Source: Promethearchaeota archaeon (GTDB taxonomy: Archaea > Asgardarchaeota > Lokiarchaeia > Sigyniarchaeales > SOKP01). Taken from it: a DNA stretch of 64,000 nt. Numbering within the stretch: position 1 is the stretch's first letter; each line of letters starts with the position of its first letter. A model generated the notes under the pieces. It ran no database searches. It was not told where the DNA came from and saw nothing but the letters and a program-made list of their open reading frames with translations. The DNA lies in contig JAEOTA010000085.1 of assembly GCA_016840085.1 (NCBI GenBank), forward strand, positions 32,001-96,000, written 5' to 3'. Positions 55,157-64,000 of this stretch are shown one piece after another. The position numbers were made by a program, and so were the translations under genes.

Positions 55157-56433
55157 TACTTCTCCTCAACAGTTTGATTAGGTTCTATTATATTTATAAA
55201 ATCCACTAAAAACTCTGAAAAATCTAAAATTTCAATAGAAGAAAAATCATCATAGTCTTTTTTTAGACAATTTAAATGCATTCGGCATTTTGGACATGAT
55301 GTAATCATTTTTGTTCCAACAGCTTTAGCTTCTAAAAGACGTTTATATCGCAAAGCTTTAGAACGTTCATTACAATTCATCCAAGAATTTACTCCACAAC
55401 AATAAGAATTTTCTTTATTATGTTCCATTTCTTTAAAATTATAACCAATAGTTTTCAAATGCTTGAAGATTTCTCGGACTTCCTCAATTATCTTATTATC
55501 CTTTGGTAAAAACCTACTCAACCTGCAAGGGTCATGGTAAGTAAAAGGAATAACCTCATTCGAATTGTTAGGATTTTTAAATTGAACTTTTCCCTGCTTC
55601 CATTTATCAAAAATATATTCAATTATATGTTTAACTTCAAATTTTTTATTAAAATCTTCAAACAATTTTAGATAATCAATTTTAAAGGTTCTATAACACT
55701 CAGCACATGCAGTAACAATTGTTGTAGCTCCTGTTTCTTCAAACATTTTTACATTTTTTTTTGCTAATTCAATAAAGCTTTCGAATTTTGCTTGGCCCCA
55801 ATATAAATCGTGTCCACAACATATCTCATTTTTTAGAACAACTACCGGATCTTTTTCTAAGTGACAAATAATCTCAAGTGTGCTTTCTGCTATAGATAGT
55901 GAGTCTTCAAATTCATAATTAAAAAAAGGTAAACATCCCACATAATATAAAATATTTCCCTTATCTGATGTTTTACAACCTTTTGGAATCCAATCTAAAG
56001 GTCTCTCAATTTCCATATTATCTTGACTCATCATTTCTGACATCAAAGGATAAATACCTTTATGAGCAATAGAACGATCAGGATTTTGAATATCTTTCAT
56101 ACGCATTTTATATCTAGCAATTCTGACAATATCGGCAAAGTTAATATCTTTAGGGCAATGTTGTAGACAACTATTACACATTAAACAATCCCATAATACC
56201 TGGCTATTAATAATCTCATCTTCAAAGCCTTCTAATATCATTTGAATAATTCTACTAGGCGTAAATTTTTGTACTTTACTGATTTGGCACACGCCTGAGC
56301 AACGGGCACATTGATAACATTTTTTTAATAAGTTAATTAAATCTGGTTCATATATTTTTTCTATATATAAATTAGATTCATTCTTTTCTTGTTTTATCTT
56401 TTTAAGTTTTTCTGTCTCAGTTATAGGATTCAC
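55156..56433 (-). CDS. HdrD/GlpC-like CCG-domain Fe-S oxidoreductase, paralogue of 46576-47874
   Basis: Same Cys motifs; TAATG overlap with the downstream hdrA. Confidence 0.88.
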   Translation of the reverse strand: MNPITETEKLKKIKQEKNESNLYIEKIYEPDLINLLKKCYQCARCSGVCQISKVQKFTPSRIIQMILEGFEDEIINSQVLWDCLMCNSCLQHCPKDINFADIVRIARYKMRMKDIQNPDRSIAHKGIYPLMSEMMSQDNMEIERPLDWIPKGCKTSDKGNILYYVGCLPFFNYEFEDSLSIAESTLEIICHLEKDPVVVLKNEICCGHDLYWGQAKFESFIELAKKNVKMFEETGATTIVTACAECYRTFKIDYLKLFEDFNKKFEVKHIIEYIFDKWKQGKVQFKNPNNSNEVIPFTYHDPCRLSRFLPKDNKIIEEVREIFKHLKTIGYNFKEMEHNKENSYCCGVNSWMNCNERSKALRYKRLLEAKAVGTKMITSCPKCRMHLNCLKKDYDDFSSIEILDFSEFLVDFINIIEPNQTVEEK

Positions 56434-56440
56434 TTCCTTA

Positions 56441-57550
56441 TTACAAGTTTTTCATGAATTCATTTCTTCGCTCTATTTTAGCTTCAGAAAATTTGGCTAT
56501 TAAGCTTTTCATCTCTTTTTTTGTATTTTCATCAAGTTCTAAACTTTTAATAATATTTTTGTCTAATGCCTTTTGGAGTAACTGCACACCTTTTTCAGTT
56601 CGGGGTAATACAGTAGTATATTTATCTCGGGATCCAAGCCCACCAAACGAAATATCTGAATATATATTGGTAAAATCTATACAAGAATGGCAAGCTGGGC
56701 GTATATAATTAACCAATTTAGTAAAAGGAATATGGATTATCTTTTCTTTTGAGTCATTATCTTCTAGCTTTAGAATTAAATCCTCCTTAATGTTAATTTT
56801 TACTATATCTTCGAATTTTAACTTAAAATCCTTTTCAAATTTCGCGATTTGAGATTTTTCAAATAGAAAATTGTGATAACAAAATAAGCCTAGAGTAATC
56901 TCAACATGTTCTGAAGGGGTAACACCTAAATCTTGCATACATTTAATCGTATAAATTTGACAGGGTGTTCCCACAATTGCTAACTTTTTGAATTTATAAT
57001 GACTCAATTGAGGAATTGAGCGTGTGTAGGTGTTAAACTTTTGTATTTCATCTACTTGTGGAGATATATTCAAAATTGTACCAGATGCTTTGATTAGGTC
57101 GTCTTTAGTTTCTGCAAACATTGATTCTCTGGAAAATGGACCTTCAACTTTAGAGACTATTGCCCCATCAATAACTTTAGTTTCTAATAAGAAGTTTAAA
57201 AGTGTATTTACCACACCTCCATCTGTCCCATGTTTTAGAAATTCTTCGTCTGTAGTTTGACAAGAATAGATATCTTCAGCAAATCCATAAGGCATTGAAG
57301 TAAAATCAGTGAATTGGTAAGTCTTATTAAGGTCATCATCTAATACATGTGTTTGAGGACACAGGAAATAACATATACCGCACTCGAGGCATGCATCCTT
57401 ATTTATATATTCAGGAGGGGAGTTAGGCTCTTTAAAGCCGATTACATTCTCGAATGCTGCCGAACAGAAAGAAGTACATCCTCCACATTCTTGGCAGATC
57501 CCCTTTTCATGAACTTCCTTAATTAAATCTTGAAAGGTTTTTATACTCAT
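56441..57550 (-). CDS. FrhB/FdhB-family F420-binding protein with ferredoxin domain
   Basis: CQECGGC, DGGVV, VGTPCQ, GLFC, CHSCIDF..DISFG. Start placed at MSIKTF. Confidence 0.88.
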   Translation of the reverse strand: MSIKTFQDLIKEVHEKGICQECGGCTSFCSAAFENVIGFKEPNSPPEYINKDACLECGICYFLCPQTHVLDDDLNKTYQFTDFTSMPYGFAEDIYSCQTTDEEFLKHGTDGGVVNTLLNFLLETKVIDGAIVSKVEGPFSRESMFAETKDDLIKASGTILNISPQVDEIQKFNTYTRSIPQLSHYKFKKLAIVGTPCQIYTIKCMQDLGVTPSEHVEITLGLFCYHNFLFEKSQIAKFEKDFKLKFEDIVKINIKEDLILKLEDNDSKEKIIHIPFTKLVNYIRPACHSCIDFTNIYSDISFGGLGSRDKYTTVLPRTEKGVQLLQKALDKNIIKSLELDENTKKEMKSLIAKFSEAKIERRNEFMKNL

Positions 57551-57566
57551 AATAATACTTTTTACA

Positions 57567-59063
57567 TTATTCCTTTTCCAATTTGATTGGTTTACAATTT
57601 TTTCTTTTAATACCAGCAATCCTTTCTAATAAGGGTTGCCCAGGTTTAACCGCCTTTAAGCTTTTGGATTCTATAAATCCTGTTTTAATAGCTCCTTTAA
57701 AAATTTCTTCCCCTTTCTTATTTCGAGTGATAACAGAAGACCATCCACTCCCAGAACCAATTGAACCAATTGAGATGTCAGCATAATCTGCTGTTAAATC
57801 TTCACAATAATGGCAGTTATTGCGAGCATAAGATTTAACATCTTTAAGCGGAACTTTTAAATCTTCTCCGGTATCCAAATATATGATAAATTCACCACCA
57901 CTAATGTCCATCTTTGTTACTTTATTAAAATCTTGGTTAAATTGCTCTTTAATTAATCCAAGGACTCCTTCATAAGGAAAAGATTCCATGCAAAAAAGTC
58001 CTATTTTATATTTTATATTCTTGAAAAAAGGTACTCCACTTGGAAAAAGATTACCCTTTTCAATAGCATTCATCATACATGGAGTACCTACAACAGCTAT
58101 ATTGTCATATTTCTTGGCTTTATCGATAATAGCTAAAGTAGATGCGTTTGCATATTTAGTTCCCCCCGTCTTATATAGATCTTTCAAATTATCCACGATG
58201 ACGGGTTCAGGCTTCCATTTCTCTTCTGAGTGCTGTACTGCTACAATCGCATCGACTAATTTATTCTTAAGTAAGTATTCAAGTAAAGAAGTAACAATCC
58301 CCCCATCTTGTCGTACTTTTTTAATATCATCCTTAGTGGTGCTGGCAGAATAGGTATTGATATAACCATTAATTTTTTCTGAAAATTTTAAAGAATTATC
58401 TCGCTTATTTATACTCTTACCCGCTTGTTCAATTGAAAATGATCTCGGGCAAACAGAATAACATAAACCGCATTTCATACAAGTTTCATCATCGATCTCT
58501 AAAGTATCTGCTGTTACTGTAAGAGCATTTACTGGGCAAATTGATGAGCACCAACCACATTGACAGCATACTTCAGAATCAAACACGATTGAAACAGGTT
58601 CAAAAAAATGTTCAATAAAATCATCAGGTATATCTTTAACTTGATATCTATAGAAAAATTCTTTTTCCTCAATTTCTTTTTCTTCTCCTTTTACTTTCTT
58701 AATAACCTTTTTAATTTTAATCTCTATTTCTTCTTCAATATAACCTTGTTCTTTTAGATAAATTATATCTCGTATTACATTTTCTGGTGGAAAATTGTCT
58801 ATAATTTTCACAATTTCTTCCAGAAATAATAGTTCTTTACCTTTTAGTTCTTCTAATACTAACTTGCGTTCTGTTTCGGCATCAACCATAGCATCTAAAA
58901 TCTGATAAAATTCTTCCTCTGAATATTTTCCTGCTCCTAAGATTTCTTCTTTTGCTTCAAAAAAAGCACGAACCTGAAAATTTTCTGCCGCTTTATGTGT
59001 TGCTTCCATTAATAATTTAGGGGATATCCCATTAAAGGTTATATCTTTTTCTATTTGAACCAT
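57567..59063 (-). CDS. FrhB/FdhB-family F420-binding protein with N-terminal extension
   Basis: CCQCGWC, QDGGIVT, GTKY, VGTPC, GLFCME, CHYCEDLTADYADISIG. Confidence 0.9.
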   Translation of the reverse strand: MVQIEKDITFNGISPKLLMEATHKAAENFQVRAFFEAKEEILGAGKYSEEEFYQILDAMVDAETERKLVLEELKGKELLFLEEIVKIIDNFPPENVIRDIIYLKEQGYIEEEIEIKIKKVIKKVKGEEKEIEEKEFFYRYQVKDIPDDFIEHFFEPVSIVFDSEVCCQCGWCSSICPVNALTVTADTLEIDDETCMKCGLCYSVCPRSFSIEQAGKSINKRDNSLKFSEKINGYINTYSASTTKDDIKKVRQDGGIVTSLLEYLLKNKLVDAIVAVQHSEEKWKPEPVIVDNLKDLYKTGGTKYANASTLAIIDKAKKYDNIAVVGTPCMMNAIEKGNLFPSGVPFFKNIKYKIGLFCMESFPYEGVLGLIKEQFNQDFNKVTKMDISGGEFIIYLDTGEDLKVPLKDVKSYARNNCHYCEDLTADYADISIGSIGSGSGWSSVITRNKKGEEIFKGAIKTGFIESKSLKAVKPGQPLLERIAGIKRKNCKPIKLEKE

Positions 59064-59115
59064 AATTCTTATTTAATTTATTTTTTATTCAAAAAAATTA
59101 ATTTAATATTTTAAA

Positions 59116-59183
59116 ACCCCTTCCCTTGCGAGGAGAATCTTCTTATAACTAATATTTTTTTATAAGAATCATTCCAAAGGGGT
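59116..59183 (-). promoter_or_regulatory. Eukaryote-like SECIS element
   Basis: mRNA reads ACCCCUU..GGA-AUGA-UUCUUAUAA-[AAAAAUAUUAG]-UUAUAAGAA-GA-UUC...AAGGGGU: an AUGA/GA core, a perfect 9-bp stem, an A-rich loop and a 7-bp outer helix. Confidence 0.8.
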
Positions 59184-59630
59184 AGTTAAGAGTTCCTTCA
59201 TTTCAACTTCTGCTTCTTCTTCACCGATGTTAAGAGGACTTGGCCCTATTCTGCGAATTTTTTCAAAGGAATCTTCAACGCTTTTTACTAATTTTTCTGA
59301 TTCTGCACTTGAGCACCAGTACATATTAATCCGCTCACTTCCAAATCCTCGTCTATCAAGAATTCTTTTAGCAAAGTCTATGTGTTTTGAGGCTGTAAAA
59401 TTACCTTCTTTAAATTGACATTCATTTTCACGTCATCCAACAACCATGACGCCGTCAGCTCCGCTTTTTATAGCATATAATATATGCTTTACGTCAACTC
59501 GTCCTGTACACCTTACTTTAATGATCTTTACTGAGGGTGTATATTTTAAACGGGAAACTCCAGCTAAATCCGCTGCTCCATAGCCTCATTTTAAACAAGC
59601 AAACATTATTATCTTATAACTATTTTCCAC
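59169..59630 (-). CDS. mvhD: Selenoprotein MvhD/VhuD, 153 aa, two Sec
   Basis: GTG start after GGAGG. In-frame TGA at 59586-59588 (CLKU) and 59433-59435 (VVGU) align to Cys in both Cys paralogues. Not in the ORF track. Confidence 0.92.
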
Positions 59631-59652
59631 CTTTTTTCAACCTCCTCTAAGT

Positions 59653-61599
59653 TTAAGTCTCTAATAATGCAGAGATCTCCGAATATAGTTGATCATCTCG
59701 GAAATATTTAATATCTATAGCTTCTGTAGGACAACAACTAGCACATATACCACAGCCATCGCAGTTTAGATCATCAACAATAGCACTTTCTGCCTCCTCA
59801 TCAATAATAATCGCGTTCTTTGGACATTCCTTTTCACATCTTCTGCAGGATATACAAAAATCCTTGTTGACTTCTGCAATTATAAGTTCAAGATCAATCT
59901 CTCCAGCAGATGTTAATTCAGCTACTTTACTGGCAGCTGCTCTGGCTTGTGAAACAGAATATGCTATATTTTTTGGACCTTGAGCAAATCCAGCAATAAA
60001 AATACCTCTGGTCTTAGTTTCTTGGGGCATCAATCCAAAATGAGATTCTGTAAGAAAGCCATTTCGATCTATGTCCAAATTCAAAATTTTCGCAATTTGT
60101 TGTGTTCCTTCTGAGGGTAAAGCAGCACTTGATAAAACAACTAAATCAGCATCAATTATTACAATCTTATCTGTTAATGTTGAATAAACCCGAACTTTCG
60201 CTTTTTTGGTCTCAGGATCTTCAGTGATCTCGCCAACTTTTCCTCGAATCATTCTAATCCCCGCATCTTTCGCCTTCTCATAATACTCTTCGAAACCTTT
60301 TTCGTTTGTTCTGATATCTATATAACAAATTGTGATACTTGCATCAGGAAATTCTTCTAAAAGTAATTGTCCATTCTTAAGAGCTAACATGCAACAAACA
60401 CCGCTACAATATGGTCTGTCAGTTTCTCTAGATCCGACGCACTGAATAAACACAATTTCTTTTGGTTTTTTATCATCCGAAATTCGATGTACATGTCCTT
60501 CTAATGGTCCATTAGGAGCTAAAATTCTCTCAAGTTGAGCTTGAGTAATTACATTTTCAAATTCACCATAACCATATTCCCCAAAAGGTTCATAGATATC
60601 CCATCCAGTGGCGATAATTATTGTACCGACATCAAAATTAACTTCTTTTGGAACTTGGCTAAAGTCTATGGCATCTAATTCACATGCATCAACACAAGAA
60701 AAACATTCAACACACACATCTCTATTGATATCATAAATAAAGGGTACTGCTTGTCCAAATGCTATATCAATCGCTTTTCGAGCACCCAAATATGCATCAA
60801 AATAGTTGGTTATATAAGTTGGACAGACTTCTGTACAAGCTCCACAACCATTACATAATTTAGGATCAACGAATCGCGGTTTCATCTCAACAGTAACATT
60901 ATACTTTCCTACATTTCCTGTAATTTCCTTTACTTCAGTATAACTTAAAATCTCAATATTTTCATTCCGATTAACCTCCAACATCTTTGGACCACAAATT
61001 CATATAGCACAATCATTTGTAGGGAATGTTCTATCTAGTTGAGCCATTCTCCCTCCTATAGTAGTATTTTTTTCTACTAAATATACTTTAATTCCTTGAT
61101 TGGCGAGATCGAGAGCAGCATTCATACCTGCAATTCCACCTCCTACTACTAATGTAGCTTTTGTAACTGGTACTGTTTTTATAGGTATAACTTCTAATCG
61201 CTTTGCCCTCTCAATACCAGCTTTCACTAAAATTTTCGCCTTTTCTAGAGCCTCTTCTTTACTTTCAGTACACCAACTACAATGTTCCCTCACATTTACC
61301 ATTTGAAAATAGTAAGGGCTTAAACCTGCTTTTGCTAGTGAATCTCGATAAATTGGTTCGTGAGTTCTTGGAGTTCAAGCACTTGCAACAATTCGATTTA
61401 AATTCTTTTCTTTAATATCTTCTATTATTTCATTCTGTGCGGCATCAGTACATAGAAAAGCATTTTTCTTTGAAATTATTATACTTTCGTCAAGATCTTT
61501 TACATACTCTACTAATTTATTGCAATCGACTTTGCTATTAATATTTATGCCTCAGTGACATGCATAGAATCCAATCCTATGATTTTGGTTATTATTCAT
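59653..61599 (-). CDS. hdrA: Selenoprotein HdrA, 648 aa, three Sec
   Basis: ATG at 61599 after GAGGTG. In-frame TGA at 61552-61554 (CHU), 61375-61377 (ASAUTPRTHE) and 61000-61002 (DCAIU). Joins two track ORFs. Confidence 0.92.
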
Positions 61600-61984
61600 G
61601 TATTTTTACACATCCACCTCTTTTTTATACAAGATTGTATAATTTTTAACAATTTTCTGAATTTAATAATTCCTTTTTTAGATTCTATTCTTTTTTAACA
61701 TTTTTAATTCTTTCTATTTATCAATGTAATCGATTTTTAGGATAGTGATAGTGGGGATATATCATTTTTGCTCTAATTAGGGTTTTTGGAGGGTTATATG
61801 ATGGAGAATGAAAGTATTATTTAGGTGGATGATCAATTTCCTACATTTTTATTTTAAATATTAACGTTAGTTTTTACAAATATGGAAGATATCTACAAAA
61901 TAATCTTCGCAAAATGGAGTAGCAAAATGTAGGGTTTAATCTATTAATTATTTTATAAGTTTAGGAGAAGAAATTTTTGATAAA

Positions 61985-62152
61985 TCAATAATATGGCCTC
62001 ATTTTTGAAGAATTCATGGTATTAAGATATCCTCTATAGTAGTCCGATTTATTAAGGAGATATTTCCGAAGGATTGGTCTGAACATCATTATAAAGAGAC
62101 GTGAAACGGCTACTTTTTTTCTAACTTTACTAAAATAGTCATCAAGTGTGTG
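61985..62152 (-). repeat. Orphan diverged copy of the 3' end of the epimerase gene (~62991-63122)
   Basis: HTLDDYFSKVRKKVAVSRLFIMMFRPILRKYLLNKSDYY vs YTLNDYFNDVRKKVAISRFFTMMFRPIARKYLLNKSHYY at offset 972. An in-frame stop lies just upstream. Confidence 0.92.
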
Positions 62153-62239
62153 AAATAAAGAATCTGCTTGTTTTTATTCAATCTCATCAAAAGAATTAAA
62201 AATAAAAAAAAATTGAAAATTTATTGTTTTTTGCTGGAA

Positions 62240-62572
62240 TTAACTTTCAGGAAGTTCCATACCTAACGCTTCAAATGCTTCTTGATAAGTTCCCCAAACT
62301 TCAACAGATGTTTCAAAACCCTCGATTTCTGAGAAATAAACCATTTCTTTATTAACCATCTTCAGTGCTTCCTCAAGTTTTCCTTCTTTTACACGTGTAA
62401 CACTTAAAGCTCTTAAACCATCTTCAGTAGATTTCCAAGCTGATAGTACAAGAGTTTCTTGTATAGATTCATCATCAGGAAACAAATTTTTTTGCACAGA
62501 TTCAAGAGCTTTTTGTACAACTTCCCTTACAATGTGAGTGGGGTATTTCATAAACATGACTATATGTGGCAT
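62240..62572 (-). CDS. Hypothetical protein
   Basis: 110 aa ORF with a GAGGGT RBS-like motif upstream. Confidence 0.75.
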   Translation of the reverse strand: MPHIVMFMKYPTHIVREVVQKALESVQKNLFPDDESIQETLVLSAWKSTEDGLRALSVTRVKEGKLEEALKMVNKEMVYFSEIEGFETSVEVWGTYQEAFEALGMELPES

Positions 62573-62959
62573 AATTTTACCCTCTTATATATATAAAATT
62601 TTATCCAATCAAATTGGATTCTATTGTGCATTATTTCTAATCTTTAAAAATTTTTACATTTTTATCAAAGTAACTAGAGACGAGAAGGAGTATGTTCATG
62701 AGCAGATCTTGTACAAAATATCAAGAAAATAAAAAAAATATGTTAGTTAAGATTTCGATACTTTTTTCTGATTAATAAAATCGATGCTAATCCAATACCG
62801 CTGAATAAAAAGTACATTTGATACCATGAATCACAGATGAAGATAAGTTAAAAAGAAATAATAGAACATGCCCTAAATGCGGCTCGTCAATAATTTTAGC
62901 TAATAATTATTATAGATGGACATGTGTAAAATGTGGTTTAAATATCTTTAAAAGAAATT

Positions 62960-63967
62960 TTAATTTTTAATCTTAGATTCAGGATGATGGCTATTTAGAT
63001 ATTCTTTGTAATAATGAGATTTATTTAGTAAGTATTTCCGAGCTATTGGCCTAAACATCATTGTAAAGAAGCGTGAAATAGCTACTTTTTTCCTGACGTC
63101 ATTAAAATAATCATTAAGAGTATATCTTTGATAATTCAGAAGGAATTGACTTTTATATGTTGTCATAAACCCACAATGAAATCCCTTTTTACTAAATGCT
63201 TCTTTAGGTAAAACCTCAGTACCAATACCAAAAATATCCATCATTTCATTAAGATATTCCCGATAAGAAATTCGACATCGTTCTCCACCCGCAATATGTA
63301 AGATTTCTCCCCATATTTCATTCGTTTCCACTGCGTTAGCTAATGCATACCCCACATCTTTAGTATCACAAATTTCAATACACGTATCTAAGGGCATTTC
63401 AAACATAAGTGGATCCATTTGAAGCTTATTAATAGATACAATATACGTTAAACGGAAAATAGCCCACTTTAATCCTGAATTTCTAATAATTTCTTCACAC
63501 TTTACTTTTTGTTTCGCATACTCATCATCTGGATTTGGGTTAGGAAGATCTGTGGGGCTTATTAAAGGGTTTTCTAACCTATCTCCATATATTGCTACTG
63601 AAGAGGTAAAGATGATTTTTGGTTTTTGCGGTTGATTCTGCATTGCTTCAATAATATTTGAGGTTCCTCCAACATTAATTGATTCAGCAAATTTTGGCTT
63701 CTTATCAGCAAGTGGAGGTATAATTGCTGCTGTATGGATAATTACATCTCGCCCTGATACTGCTTTTTCTACTTCCTTATAATTCCGTATATCTCCCCAG
63801 CATAATTCTACTTGATCTTTATACTTATTAGCAATTCTACGGTTTTTTTTAGTTTTTATATCTAAAACTTTGATATCATGATTTCTTTTAAGTAATTCTT
63901 GTAATGTACTCAACCCAACATTTCCAAATGGACCTGTTAATAATACTTTCACCATATTTAACCTCAA
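62960..63967 (-). CDS. NAD-dependent epimerase/dehydratase (extended SDR)
   Basis: TGPFGNVG, HTAA, TSS, YAKQK. Confidence 0.9.
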   Translation of the reverse strand: MRLNMVKVLLTGPFGNVGLSTLQELLKRNHDIKVLDIKTKKNRRIANKYKDQVELCWGDIRNYKEVEKAVSGRDVIIHTAAIIPPLADKKPKFAESINVGGTSNIIEAMQNQPQKPKIIFTSSVAIYGDRLENPLISPTDLPNPNPDDEYAKQKVKCEEIIRNSGLKWAIFRLTYIVSINKLQMDPLMFEMPLDTCIEICDTKDVGYALANAVETNEIWGEILHIAGGERCRISYREYLNEMMDIFGIGTEVLPKEAFSKKGFHCGFMTTYKSQFLLNYQRYTLNDYFNDVRKKVAISRFFTMMFRPIARKYLLNKSHYYKEYLNSHHPESKIKN

Positions 63968-64000
63968 AACTTAAATAATTTGATTTTTTGTGTGACTGAA

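Noticed and set aside
59227-59418. 63 aa plus-strand ORF
   Set aside because: Antisense shadow of the Sec-containing mvhD.
61000-61302. Separate 100 aa ORF, or a fragmented hdrA pseudogene
   Set aside because: All interruptions are TGA at conserved Cys positions in one frame and a SECIS-like element is present, so it is part of a selenoprotein gene.
1018-61415. Many short track ORFs antisense to, or out of frame within, long genes (e.g. 1018-1290, 5649-5861, 11234-11518, 28431-28703, 45556-45828, 50146-50433, 57988-58353, 61100-61415)
   Set aside because: Shadow ORFs of well-supported genes with no recognisable motifs.
1-64000. tRNA, rRNA, CRISPR arrays, transposases, integrases
   Set aside because: No GC-rich structured RNA genes, regularly spaced repeats or recombinase motifs were seen by eye.

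Overview
AT-rich archaeal DNA whose gene content (uDENN/longin-like protein, IPGF-type C-terminal anchor, multi-Sec HdrA/MvhD with a eukaryote-like SECIS) points to an Asgard archaeon, probably Lokiarchaeia (inference). In order: an FwdA-like 3' end; a three-gene operon (membrane GNAT, SelO/kinase-like protein, helical protein); acyl-CoA ligase; TreT plus a sugar ABC transporter; a corrinoid methyltransferase pair; a PAS kinase; MoxR/VWA genes separated by a Zn-ribbon nuclease; MscL; two thiolases plus an HMGS-DUF35 fusion; tyrosine phenol-lyase; a TIR membrane protein; assorted enzymes; and an ~18.6 kb minus-strand Hdr cluster (4 hdrA, 3 mvhD, 2 CCG proteins, 2 FrhB-like). The ORF track misses three main things. 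(1) hdrA (59653-61599) has three in-frame TGA codons and mvhD (59169-59630) has two, all at positions that are Cys in paralogues in this window, i.e. selenocysteine. (2) The only SECIS-like hairpin I found has an AUGA core that contains the mvhD stop codon. (3) At three loci a gene is followed by 1-2 kb of cargo and then a diverged orphan copy of its own 3' end, with no integrase seen. No rRNA, tRNA or CRISPR array was seen.
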